Positions 9,734 through 19,195 of a stretch of 64,000 nt of DNA are shown here, in pieces. The DNA comes from Candidatus Dormiibacterota bacterium (GTDB taxonomy: Bacteria; Chloroflexota; Dormibacteria; DASZGP01). The notes beneath the pieces are model-generated. The model worked only from the letters and a program-made list of their open reading frames with translations. It was not told the DNA's origin and did not search any database. Position 1 is the stretch's first letter; every line of letters begins with the position of its first letter. Position numbers and translations under genes: made by a program. The stretch spans positions 19,455-83,454 of the forward strand of contig JBARRR010000061.1 in assembly GCA_049644325.1 (NCBI GenBank). Direction: 5' to 3'.

Positions 9734-11569
9734 ATGTGCGGCATCATCGGCTACCTTGGCGAGAAGGAAGCCGCCCCCATCATCGTCGATACGCTCCGGC
9801 GCCTCGAATACCGCGGCTACGACTCAGCGGGTATCGCCGTGCTGCCCCGATCCGGGGAGAAGCCCAGGGTGATCAAGACCGCGGGCAAGGTCGCCGACCT
9901 CGACAAGGAGCTCGCCGCCCAGCCCCAGCTTGAGGGCTCCCTCGGGATCGGCCACACCCGCTGGGCCACGCACGGCAAACCCAGCACCCTCAACGCCCAC
10001 CCGCACTGGGATTGCGACGAGAAGATCATGGTGATCCACAACGGCATCATCGAGAACTTCGCTGAGCTCAAGCGTGAGCTGGAGGCAAAGGGGCACAAGT
10101 TCCGCACCCAGACCGACACCGAGGTCGTGCCCCACCTGATCGAAGAGCACTACAAAGGTGACCTGCTGGAGGCATCGCGACAGGCCATCAGCCGGCTGCA
10201 GGGCGCCTACTCACTGGTGATCTTCTCGCGCGACGACCCCGGGCTCCTGATCGGAGCCCGCCTCAATGCCCCCCTGATGGTCGGGCTGGGCCACAAGGAG
10301 TGGTTCATCTGCTCGGACCTGACCGGGATCATCCCCTACACCAAGAAGGCATTGGTGCTCGGGGAGGGCCAGATGGTGGCGATCACCAAGCTGGGCCCGG
10401 TGGTCACTGACATCAGCGGCGCTGACGTCAAGCCCAAGGTGATACGCGTCACCTGGGACGTGGCCCAGGCCCAGAAGAGCGGCTACCCCCACTACATGCT
10501 CAAGGAGATCAACGAGGACGCCGAGGCGGTGCGCAACGCCTTGCGCGGCTATATGGACAACGAGGGCAGCGTCAATTTCCCCGAGTTCGACCTCACCGAC
10601 CGCCAGTTGCTCAACTTCGACCGGGTGGTGATGGTGGGGGCGGGCAGCTCGCTCAACGCCGCCCACATCGGCAAGTACCTGGTCGAAGACCTGGCCCGCC
10701 TGCCGGTGGACATCGAGTCGGCCTCCGAGTTCCGCTACCGCCACCCGCTACTCGACAAGAAGCTGCTGCTGGTGGCGCTGTCGCAGTCGGGCGAAACCGC
10801 CGACACCCTCGCCGCCATACGCGAGGCGCGTCGCCTGGGCGCCACCGTGGTGAGCATCTGCAACGTTGTCGGCAGCTCCATGACGATGGAGTCGGACGGC
10901 GTCATCTACATGCACTCGGGCCCTGAGATCGGGGTCTGCTCCTCGAAGACCTTTGTGGGCCACGTCACCGCCCTCATCCTGCTGGCGATCCGGCTGGCGG
11001 CGGTGCGGCACAGCATTCCCCCGGAGCGGCTGGCGGAGCTGACGCGCAACCTCCACGAGCTGCCGGAGGCGGTTGAGGAGGTGCTCAGGCATTCCCGCCA
11101 TATCCGGTCGGTGGCCAAGAAGTACGCCGACAGCCCCAACTTCATGTACATCGGCCGTGGCATCAACTCGCCGATGGCTTTCGAGGGCGCGCTCAAGATC
11201 AAAGAGATCTCATACCTGCATGCCGAGGGCTACGCCGCCGGCGAGCTCAAGCACGGCCCCATCGCCCTCCTCGACGAGAACTTCCCGGTGCTCGCCATCG
11301 CCACCGGTTCCTCGATGCTGGACAAGATGGTCAGCAACATCCAGGAGGTGGCGGCTCGGGGCGCCCCCGTCGTCGCCATCGTGACCAAGACCGACCGTCG
11401 CCTTGCAGGGCTGGTGGGCGACTACATCACCGTCCCCGAGGTCGATGAGGTCCTGTCGCCGATCGTGAACGCCTGCGCCCTCCAGCTCTTCGCCTACTTC
11501 GTGGCGGTGGAGCGGGGCACCGACGTCGACCAACCCCGTAATCTGGCTAAATCCGTCACGGTGGAATAG
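9734..11569 (+). CDS. glmS: glutamine--fructose-6-phosphate aminotransferase
   Basis: MCGIIGY N-terminal nucleophile; two SIS domains; 611 aa. Confidence 0.95.
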   Translation: MCGIIGYLGEKEAAPIIVDTLRRLEYRGYDSAGIAVLPRSGEKPRVIKTAGKVADLDKELAAQPQLEGSLGIGHTRWATHGKPSTLNAHPHWDCDEKIMVIHNGIIENFAELKRELEAKGHKFRTQTDTEVVPHLIEEHYKGDLLEASRQAISRLQGAYSLVIFSRDDPGLLIGARLNAPLMVGLGHKEWFICSDLTGIIPYTKKALVLGEGQMVAITKLGPVVTDISGADVKPKVIRVTWDVAQAQKSGYPHYMLKEINEDAEAVRNALRGYMDNEGSVNFPEFDLTDRQLLNFDRVVMVGAGSSLNAAHIGKYLVEDLARLPVDIESASEFRYRHPLLDKKLLLVALSQSGETADTLAAIREARRLGATVVSICNVVGSSMTMESDGVIYMHSGPEIGVCSSKTFVGHVTALILLAIRLAAVRHSIPPERLAELTRNLHELPEAVEEVLRHSRHIRSVAKKYADSPNFMYIGRGINSPMAFEGALKIKEISYLHAEGYAAGELKHGPIALLDENFPVLAIATGSSMLDKMVSNIQEVAARGAPVVAIVTKTDRRLAGLVGDYITVPEVDEVLSPIVNACALQLFAYFVAVERGTDVDQPRNLAKSVTVE

Positions 11570-11596
11570 GCTTCAGCAACCAACCTTGGGGCTGAG

Positions 11597-12856
11597 ATGA
11601 AGCTCGGAATCGACGTCGTGCCCGTTGAGCGTATCCGCGCCGCAATCGACCGGTTCGGCGAGCGCTTCCTTAAACGGATCTACACGCCCGCGGAGCTGGC
11701 CTACACCCAGGGCGACGCCGAGAAGCTGGCGGGGCGATGGGCGGCCAAGGAGGCGGTGCTGAAGGCGCTGGGCGGTCGTGGGCGTTTCCCGCGGATGTCG
11801 CTGGTCGAGGTTCTGCCCGGGCGGCGGGGCGCCCCCGAGGTCCGCCTGACGCGCGAGCCCACTCCTGACATCGCGGTCAGCATCACCCACGACGGCGGTG
11901 TGGCGATGGCGATCGCGGCCATCACCGAGCCCGAGGTCGACGTCATCGGCTCTGCCGAGCTGCCGGACGACCTGCAGCTGCCGGACCGTCCGGAGGACGC
12001 CCACAAGGGCACCTTTGGCGAGGTCGTGGTCGTCGCCGGGTCACTCGGGTACACGGGGGCGGCCTACCTGACCGCCAACGCCGCGGCTCGCGCCGGCGCC
12101 GGCTACGTGCGGCTGCTGGCGGCGGAGTCGATCTACCCGATCCTCGCCATCAAGTGCACCGAGGTCGTGGTGACGCAGGTGCCCGAGGTCGGCCAGGGCG
12201 TGCTTGGGCACGCCGGGATGGAGCCGATCCTGCGCTTCTGCCGCGGCGGTGACGCCTGCATCATCGGACCCGGGCTCGGGCGCGAGTACTCGACCCGGCG
12301 CATGGTGCTCGACCTCCTATCCCAGATCAGCACCCCGGCGGTTGTCGATGCCGACGCCCTCAACGCCCTGGCCAGCCAGCCCAAGCAGATCGGCCGAATG
12401 CGCCGACGGCTGGTGCTGACCCCGCATCCGACAGAGATGGCGCGTCTCACCGGCTTGACCGTGGAGGCGATCCAGGCGGACCGCATCGGGGTGGCAGGAC
12501 GGTTCGCCAAGGAGTGGGGCCAGGTGGTGGTGCTCAAGGGCGCGGGCACGGTGATCGCCGACCCCGATGGTCGGATCCACGTCAATTCCCATAAGAACCC
12601 GGCGCTGGCAACCGCCGGCACCGGTGATGTCCTCGCCGGCATCATCGGCGGTTTCCTGGCCCAGGGGCTGGAGCCCTTCCCGGCGGCGGTTGCGGGGGTC
12701 TACGTCCACGGCGCAGCCGGCGAGGAGATCGCCGCCAAGATGGGGGACACCGGGGCGCTGGCCTCCGACCTCCTGCCCCTGATCCCGGGGGTCATCCGCC
12801 GCAGCCGGCTGGTGCAGCAGTGGCGTGCCCAGCTGGCGGCGATGCGGAAGCAGTGA
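11597..12856 (+). CDS. acpS: fusion protein: holo-ACP synthase (AcpS) N-domain + NAD(P)H-hydrate dehydratase (YjeF_C/Nnr) C-domain
   Basis: N-terminal ~120 aa MKLGIDVVPVERI...AAKEAVLKALG is AcpS-like. The rest (GTFGEVVVVAGSLGYTGAAYL..., GDVLAGIIGGFLAQG) is the YjeF C-terminal carbohydrate-kinase-like domain. Single uninterrupted ORF. Confidence 0.8.
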   Translation: MKLGIDVVPVERIRAAIDRFGERFLKRIYTPAELAYTQGDAEKLAGRWAAKEAVLKALGGRGRFPRMSLVEVLPGRRGAPEVRLTREPTPDIAVSITHDGGVAMAIAAITEPEVDVIGSAELPDDLQLPDRPEDAHKGTFGEVVVVAGSLGYTGAAYLTANAAARAGAGYVRLLAAESIYPILAIKCTEVVVTQVPEVGQGVLGHAGMEPILRFCRGGDACIIGPGLGREYSTRRMVLDLLSQISTPAVVDADALNALASQPKQIGRMRRRLVLTPHPTEMARLTGLTVEAIQADRIGVAGRFAKEWGQVVVLKGAGTVIADPDGRIHVNSHKNPALATAGTGDVLAGIIGGFLAQGLEPFPAAVAGVYVHGAAGEEIAAKMGDTGALASDLLPLIPGVIRRSRLVQQWRAQLAAMRKQ

Positions 12857-14004
12857 GCGGCGCCCAGGGACAAGCGTCGGCGCGCTGGGCTGAGGTCGAC
12901 CTCGACGCCATCGGCCACAACGTCCGCCAGCTGAAGGCGGCTCTCGACAGCGGCGTCCTGCTGGCGGCGGTGGTCAAGGCCGACGGCTACGGCCACGGCG
13001 CCGTCCCGGTTGCGGGCGCCGCGCTGGCCGCCGGCGCCGAGTGGCTGGCGGTGGCCACGGTGCCGGAGGCACTCGAGCTGCGCGCCGCCGGCATCACCGC
13101 CCCGGTCCTCAACCTGGGCGCCACCCTGGAGGCCGAGGCCGACGCTGCTGTCGCCGCTGACCTCCGCTGCAGCGTCTGGGAGCCGGCAGCCATCGATATC
13201 CTGGAGCGCGCCGCCGCCGCGGCCGGGCGCCCGGCAAAGGTTCACTTCCAGCTCGACACCGGGATGGTGCGGCTGGGCGCCGACCCCAATGTGGCCGTCG
13301 AGCTGGGGCTTCGCATCCAGGCCTCGCCCGACCTCGAGCTCGAGGGTCTTTTCACGCACATGGCGGAGGCCGAGGAGCCCACCGACCGCAGCGCCAAGCA
13401 GCTCTCGGTGTTCCTGGCGGCGGTGACGCGGCTGGCCTACGAGGGTGTCTCGGTGCCAATCCTGCACGCGGCCAACTCGGCCGCAGCGCTCAGCTACCCC
13501 GATGCCCGCCTGGGAATGGTCCGCTGCGGGCTCCCCGTATATGGCTACTCACCCCTGGCCGGGCCGTCCGGGCTGGAGCTGCGCCCGGCACTTAGCTGGA
13601 AGGCGCGGGTGCTGCAGACATACGACCTCCGCACGGGTGACCGGATCGGCTACGGCGGGACCTTCGAGGCGTCGGCGCCGGCCCGGAGCGCCACCGTCAG
13701 CGTCGGCTACGCCGACGGTTACCCGCGCAGCCTTTCCAACCGCGGCGAGCTGTTGGTGCGGGGCCGGCGGGCCCCGGTTGTGGGCCGGGTGAGCATGGAC
13801 TTCCTCAGCGTCGACGTCAGTGACATCGACGGCGTCGAGGTCGGCGATGAGGTCGTGGTCATCGGGCGCCAGGGCGATGAGGTGATCACCGCCGCCGACG
13901 TCGCCAATACACTTGGCACGATTCCGTACGAGGTCCTCACCAACATCGGGCGCCGGGTGGTGCGACAGCAGGTCCCCCAGGGCGCGCCTCTGGCCCGTGG
14001 CTGA
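12853..14004 (+). CDS. alr: alanine racemase
   Basis: VVKADGYGHG PLP-lysine motif. GTG start overlaps the upstream stop as GTGA. Confidence 0.85.
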   Translation: MSGAQGQASARWAEVDLDAIGHNVRQLKAALDSGVLLAAVVKADGYGHGAVPVAGAALAAGAEWLAVATVPEALELRAAGITAPVLNLGATLEAEADAAVAADLRCSVWEPAAIDILERAAAAAGRPAKVHFQLDTGMVRLGADPNVAVELGLRIQASPDLELEGLFTHMAEAEEPTDRSAKQLSVFLAAVTRLAYEGVSVPILHAANSAAALSYPDARLGMVRCGLPVYGYSPLAGPSGLELRPALSWKARVLQTYDLRTGDRIGYGGTFEASAPARSATVSVGYADGYPRSLSNRGELLVRGRRAPVVGRVSMDFLSVDVSDIDGVEVGDEVVVIGRQGDEVITAADVANTLGTIPYEVLTNIGRRVVRQQVPQGAPLARG

Positions 14005-14767
14005 GAAGCCCCGGCGCCACGCGGGCCGCCTGACGGTCACCGGGAGGGAGATCCCCACGGCTGACAAGCGGCTGCTGGAGCGGCCGTCGGTCGACTTCAC
14101 CCACACCGACGCCTGGCGGACGCTTCGCATCCAGGCCGAGTTCGTCGAGGGCTTCGACGCCCTCGCCAGGCTCGGCCCCGCGGTCGGCGTCTTCGGCTCC
14201 GCCCGGCTGCCCCAGGGCCATCCCACCTGCCGGGCGGCGCGCCGCCTTGGCCGCGAGCTGGCCCGCGAGGGGATCGCGGTGATTACCGGCGGCGGCCCGG
14301 GGGTGATGGAGGCGGTCAACCGTGGGGCCTTCGAATCCGGCGGCGTCTCCGTGGGCTGCAACATCGAGCTGCCCCTGGAGCAGAAGCTGAACCCGTACGT
14401 CAACCTGGGCATCGAGTTCCGTTACTTCTTCGTCCGCAAGACGATGTTCGTCAAGTACGCCTCGGCCTTTGTTATCTTCCCGGGGGGATTGGGGACCATG
14501 GACGAGCTCTTCGAGGCCACCACCCTGGTGCAGACAGGCAAGGTCGAGCACTTCCCGGTGATCCTTTACGACTCCGCTTACTGGCGGGGGCTGCTGCGGT
14601 GGCTCAAGACCACAGCTCTGGCCCAGGGAACGATCTGGCAGCGGGACCTCGACCTGCTGACGATCTGCGATGACGTCGACGAGGTGGTGGCGAGGATCAA
14701 ACAGGAAGGCGCCGATATGAAGGCCGGGCAGGAGGCCGCGGCCCCGTCGACGCCCCTGCAGGGGTGA
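13997..14767 (+). CDS. LOG family protein (TIGR00730; cytokinin riboside 5'-monophosphate phosphoribohydrolase-like)
   Basis: GGGPGVMEA and PGGxGTxDE motifs. The longer ORF from 13913 overlaps alr; GTG 13997 chosen. Confidence 0.7.
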   Translation: MAEKPRRHAGRLTVTGREIPTADKRLLERPSVDFTHTDAWRTLRIQAEFVEGFDALARLGPAVGVFGSARLPQGHPTCRAARRLGRELAREGIAVITGGGPGVMEAVNRGAFESGGVSVGCNIELPLEQKLNPYVNLGIEFRYFFVRKTMFVKYASAFVIFPGGLGTMDELFEATTLVQTGKVEHFPVILYDSAYWRGLLRWLKTTALAQGTIWQRDLDLLTICDDVDEVVARIKQEGADMKAGQEAAAPSTPLQG

Positions 14768-15651
14768 GTGCCGAGGCGCCCAGGTCCGTCCGCGACCTTG
14801 CCGAGAGGCGCCAGGGGGCTCGGATCGCGCGCGACTTCGCCCTCGCCGACAGCCTGCGCGACGAAATCGCGGCGGCGGGGTGGAAGGTCGTGGACGGCCC
14901 CGCCGGCTTCGAACTCGAGAGCCTGGCCGAGGCGGTGGAGAGCTATCCCACGGTGGCTGCCGTCCCCAGCCTCGCGGGTGAGCCGGACCGCTGCCAGCAC
15001 AGCCTCTGCGTCGCCGTGCACGGGTGGCCAGCCGACGTGCGCCGTCTCCTGGCCGCCTGCCTCAGCCCCGCGACCGAGGTGGTGGCTGTCGACGCCGCCG
15101 GCGCCGGCCTGGCACCGTCGGACATCGTCCCCGAGGATGGCGCCGGTGCGGGGGTGACCGTGGTGCGGGTCGAGGAGGCGATCGGCCATGCCGACGCCTG
15201 GAACGTGGCAGCACGCCGCGCGCGCGGGCGGATCCTGGTCTTCGTCGAACCGAGCCTTGAATTTGGAGCAGATGTACTCGAGGCGCTCGCCGCCGCTCTC
15301 GACGACGGCGAGGTTGGCCTGGTTGGCCCCTTCGGCCTCAGCACCGACAACATGCGTGATTTCGAAGCCGCCGCCGGGCCCGATGTCGACGCCCTGGAGT
15401 ACCTGCTGGGAATGCGGCGCGAGGACGTTGGGCGGGCTGGGGAGATGGACCGCCGCTTCCGCTTCTACCGAAACCTCGACATCGACTTCAGCTACCAGGT
15501 TCGGGCGGCCGGCCTGGCCGTGCGGCGGGTGGACAGCGGCGACATCGCGCGGCATATCCACCGGGTTTGGGAATCGACGCCGGAGGACGAGCGCGAGCGG
15601 CTCAGTCGCAAGAACTTCAACCGGTTCCTGGATCGGTGGGCACGGTCCTGA
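14764..15651 (+). CDS. hypothetical protein; N-terminus resembles the CysRS C-terminal anticodon-binding extension, central region GT-A-like
   Basis: GTGA overlap with the LOG gene; coding-like codon usage; no confident family call. Confidence 0.55.
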   Translation: MSAEAPRSVRDLAERRQGARIARDFALADSLRDEIAAAGWKVVDGPAGFELESLAEAVESYPTVAAVPSLAGEPDRCQHSLCVAVHGWPADVRRLLAACLSPATEVVAVDAAGAGLAPSDIVPEDGAGAGVTVVRVEEAIGHADAWNVAARRARGRILVFVEPSLEFGADVLEALAAALDDGEVGLVGPFGLSTDNMRDFEAAAGPDVDALEYLLGMRREDVGRAGEMDRRFRFYRNLDIDFSYQVRAAGLAVRRVDSGDIARHIHRVWESTPEDERERLSRKNFNRFLDRWARS

Positions 15652-16810
15652 CCGCAGCCTCCAGCCGGAACATGGCCTCGGCGTCGTCGAGGCTGACCTC
15701 CAGCAGCTGGGCGATCCGCCGCAGGCGGTAGATCACGCTCTGCCGGTGCCGGTGGACGGCGGCGGCGGTGGCCGAAACCGAGCGATTGCTGGCGACATAG
15801 GCCCGCAGGGTTTCGAGCAGCGCCGGGTGGCCGTCGAGCCGGCCGAGGAGCGCCTCCCGGCTCCGCGCCAGCGCCTCGGGGTTCGAGCGCATCGCGGCAT
15901 AGGCGTAGACGTGGGGCAGGCTGAAGACGCGGGGCGACTCGGCGCCAAGCCCCAGCTCCGCCGCCACGCGTGCGGCCGCCGCCGCCTCCTCCACCGCCCG
16001 TCCCAGGGGCACGTCCTCGCCGGCGGTGGCGATGCCGAAGACCACGGCGGGCGTGGCGGCGCAGTCGGCGAGCTGCGCCGGCAGGGGCTCGCGCGCCATC
16101 AGCCAAACCGCCAACCCCTGCCGCTGGCCGGCGACGGCGCTAGGAAAGCGGGTGCGCATGAGGCCCGCTGTGGTGTCTGCCGACCGCAGCGCCGCCGCCT
16201 CGTCGGCTTCACCGATGGCCACCGCCAGTGCCACTCGGGGCTGCTCCCGTCCGGGCGGGCCCGGGGCGCCTTCACCACGGCCGGAGATCAGGTCCTCGAA
16301 GAGCGCCGACTCGCTGAAGGCGTGGGCCCTGGCGATCTCCTCGGCCTGGCGCGCATAGGCCTCGGCGATGCGGGAGCTGAGCTGGTCGATGTACTCGAAG
16401 ACCTGGCCCGCCAGGGGTAGCAGGGCCTCGGGTCGGACCTCAGGGTCGTCAAGGCCCACCTTGAGGGTTTCGTCCCAGCCTACCCGGGCGCCGATGCGCA
16501 GGGCGTGGAGCAGGGGTTCCAGCGGCTCGCCCACCACCGCCACGTTGCGGGCGATCCCCTGGACGACGCGGACGTCCCGGTCCGCGGGCGGGCTCCCGGT
16601 CTCGAGGATGCGGACGAAGAGGCGGGTGGCAAGGCGGCAGCGTTGCAGCACCGCATGGCGGTAGAGCTCGGGGTTAGCGGCATAGCGCGGGACCTCGTCG
16701 AGGATGGCGGCCTCCATCTGGCGCGCCATCGCCGGGGTCGATGCCCGGAGCCGCTCCAGCGCGGTTTGAGGAAGGGCGGCCGCCCGGGGCCTGAGGTTCA
16801 GGGATTCCAC
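15617..16810 (-). CDS. PucR/CdaR-family transcriptional regulator
   Basis: C-terminal PucR HTH (LLETLRAYVASNRSVSATAAAVHRHRQSVIYRLRRIAQLL). Confidence 0.7.
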   Translation of the reverse strand: MESLNLRPRAAALPQTALERLRASTPAMARQMEAAILDEVPRYAANPELYRHAVLQRCRLATRLFVRILETGSPPADRDVRVVQGIARNVAVVGEPLEPLLHALRIGARVGWDETLKVGLDDPEVRPEALLPLAGQVFEYIDQLSSRIAEAYARQAEEIARAHAFSESALFEDLISGRGEGAPGPPGREQPRVALAVAIGEADEAAALRSADTTAGLMRTRFPSAVAGQRQGLAVWLMAREPLPAQLADCAATPAVVFGIATAGEDVPLGRAVEEAAAAARVAAELGLGAESPRVFSLPHVYAYAAMRSNPEALARSREALLGRLDGHPALLETLRAYVASNRSVSATAAAVHRHRQSVIYRLRRIAQLLEVSLDDAEAMFRLEAAVRTVPTDPGTG

Positions 16811-16902
16811 GACGGGATCATATACAAATGTATGAAGAAGCGGCCTAATGTTTCTGCGTAGAGGCGCGTCAGCTATTCGGTTTGTCCTAATAGACTGGCC
16901 TC

Positions 16903-17745
16903 ATGAGCGACGAAATGCTGTACGAGAAGCACTTCGAGCGGATGGAGCGGAATCGCTGGATGCTGTCCCGGGACGTTCCCTGGGAGCAGCTGCAGCCCGA
17001 GCTCCTGCCCGACGGGCTTGTCAACGACCTGCGCTATGTCTGCCTGACCGAGCTCTCGGCGCTGTATGCGACCGAGATGTTCATCCGCGACTTCTACGAC
17101 GACATCGACTTCTGCGCCTTCGTCTCGATCTGGTTCTACGAAGAGATGAAGCACTTCCTGACGATGAAGAAGTACATCAACAAGTGCGGGGTGCACCTGC
17201 CCGACCTCGACACCGAGCTGCCCAAGCTGCGGCTCAGCTTCGATCCCGGACCGGCGGTGCAGACCATGACGATGCACTTCATCGGCGAGCACCGGCTGGC
17301 GCTCTGGTACAACAACTTCGCCGATTCGTTCCAGGAGCCCGTGATCAAGAAGATCTTCCGGATCCTGGCCACCGACGAGCTCCGCCACGGCGCGGTTTAC
17401 ATGACCTACCTCAATAAGGCCGCCAAGAAGGACGAAGACGTCCTGCGCGAGGTCCTGATGATGTCGCTGTGGATGCTGCGCTCCAGCTCAGACAAGCCCA
17501 AGCACCCCACGACCATCACCAAGCCATCGGTCCTGGACATGCTCGAGGACCCCGACTACCTGGTTCGGATGATCAACACCTACACCCCGCTCGACAAGTA
17601 CGACGAGTCGGAGATGAAGGAGACCGTCTTCGCCAACCTGACCAAGTTCGCGGGCCGGAGCATCAGCTCTGAGCGCGAGCTCCTCCACGTCCTACGCGAC
17701 CTCAAGGAGCCGGACAAGGAAATGGTCGGGGCCCGCCCGCTCTAA
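16903..17745 (+). CDS. acyl-ACP desaturase-like diiron (ferritin-like) protein, DesA1/DesA2-like
   Basis: EEMKH and DELRHG diiron-carboxylate motifs; lower-GC gene; divergent from the PucR regulator. Confidence 0.75.
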   Translation: MSDEMLYEKHFERMERNRWMLSRDVPWEQLQPELLPDGLVNDLRYVCLTELSALYATEMFIRDFYDDIDFCAFVSIWFYEEMKHFLTMKKYINKCGVHLPDLDTELPKLRLSFDPGPAVQTMTMHFIGEHRLALWYNNFADSFQEPVIKKIFRILATDELRHGAVYMTYLNKAAKKDEDVLREVLMMSLWMLRSSSDKPKHPTTITKPSVLDMLEDPDYLVRMINTYTPLDKYDESEMKETVFANLTKFAGRSISSERELLHVLRDLKEPDKEMVGARPL

Positions 17746-17773
17746 ACCCGAATCGGGCGGGCCCGCGCCTGGA

Positions 17774-19195
17774 CTAGGCCGGGGGCGGTTCCTCGGCGTA
17801 GTGGGGTGGCGGCGCCGGTGGCGGTATGTCAGGCGCCGCAGGGGTGAACGGCAGGGGATAGGGATCGATGGTCGCGGGGGCCGGCGGGGTGCCCGGCTCG
17901 GGGCTGTAGATCTCCCGGTCCTCTTCGGCCGTGGGCGTGGCAGGCGGCGGGGCATACGCGACCGGGGGAAGGTCGGTCATAGGCCTTGGCACGTAGGGCT
18001 GGGCTTCGAACGCCTGCGGCGGCACGGGGTCGATTGGCGGTGGCACGATCGCAGGTGTGGGGGCCGCGGCGAGTGGGACCGGTGCCGTCGGTTGGGGCGC
18101 CGGGGCGGGCCCAGTCTGAGGCACCGGGAACGCCGGCGGCGAAACCGGTGGCGGGGTTGGCGTCACTGGCGCCGGGGCGACCGGGGTCGCCGGGCCGGTT
18201 TCGGCGGGCGCTGCTGTGGCCGGCGAAGCCGCAGCGGGGGGCTCAGGCGCTGAGCCAGCCGGTGCCTCGGACGCAGCCGCCAGGGCCACCACCGCGCCAG
18301 TGCCTGTAGCTGCCGCGCCCGCGCCGGCGGCCACCGCGCCCGCGCCGGCCTCCATCGTGCCGCCAACGGCACGTGGGTTGGCGCCGGGAACGTCCGGTTC
18401 GGCTGTGGGCATGGCGTCGGTTGGTGCCGCTGGGGTGATCATCGCCGCCGCGTTGGCCTCGACCTTGTCGGGGTCGAGGTACTGGATCACCAGCGTTCCC
18501 GCCAGCCGGTCATGAAGAGCCCGCTTGGTCTTGCTCCCGGCGACCAGCGCGGCGTCGAGCAGGGCGAAGCCAAAGAGCACGAACAGGGCGATCGCGAACA
18601 CCAGGGGAATGTTGATGAGCAGGATCAGAACCGCATACGCGGAGAAGGAGAACAGCCACCGCAGGAGAGCCCGGCCAAAGCCGATGGGGCCGCCCTTGGC
18701 GTTGACGATGTGGAGGTTGAACAGCCGCATCAGCGGGGTGGCGCCGAGGATCGCCATCGAGCCGACGAAGTAGAGCAGCGTAACCAGCACCAGGGTCAAT
18801 GTCAGGTACAGGAGCTGGACGACCTGGCTCTCGATCAGGCTCCGGGCGGGGTTGCTGGGATCGATGTGGGTGGGAGTCAGGGTCGCAATCCAGATGAAGA
18901 CGACCACCGTCAGGATCACCAGGAGGAGGACCGAGTCAAGCAGCAGGGCTACCAGCCGTACCCAGAAGCCTGCGGGCTGCGCGATCTTGACAGGCGCCGC
19001 CGTGCTGACGGCGGTTGCGGAGCTGCTGCCGGCGACTAGCATCCCTGGCCGCTGCGGCAGCGCATATCCACACTTTCCACAGCGCACTTCGGCGCCGCTG
19101 TTGGCCCACCCGCAACGGCGGCACTGGATCTGCCAGGACTGAACTTGGCTCATGGCGCCATTCTGGCCTAGACAAGGGGCCAGGGGAACGACCAT
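17774..19195 (-). CDS. RDD-family membrane protein with N-terminal zinc ribbon and long Pro/Ala-rich C-terminal tail
   Basis: CRRCGW...CGKCGY zinc ribbon, then an RDD domain, then a ~250-aa PAPxP low-complexity tail. True start may be ATG 19153 (MSQVQ). Confidence 0.6.
   Translation of the reverse strand: MVVPLAPCLGQNGAMSQVQSWQIQCRRCGWANSGAEVRCGKCGYALPQRPGMLVAGSSSATAVSTAAPVKIAQPAGFWVRLVALLLDSVLLLVILTVVVFIWIATLTPTHIDPSNPARSLIESQVVQLLYLTLTLVLVTLLYFVGSMAILGATPLMRLFNLHIVNAKGGPIGFGRALLRWLFSFSAYAVLILLINIPLVFAIALFVLFGFALLDAALVAGSKTKRALHDRLAGTLVIQYLDPDKVEANAAAMITPAAPTDAMPTAEPDVPGANPRAVGGTMEAGAGAVAAGAGAAATGTGAVVALAAASEAPAGSAPEPPAAASPATAAPAETGPATPVAPAPVTPTPPPVSPPAFPVPQTGPAPAPQPTAPVPLAAAPTPAIVPPPIDPVPPQAFEAQPYVPRPMTDLPPVAYAPPPATPTAEEDREIYSPEPGTPPAPATIDPYPLPFTPAAPDIPPPAPPPHYAEEPPPA

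Noticed and set aside
15188-16420. 410-aa plus-strand ORF overlapping the PucR regulator
   Set aside because: Antisense shadow; the minus-strand product has a clear PucR HTH.
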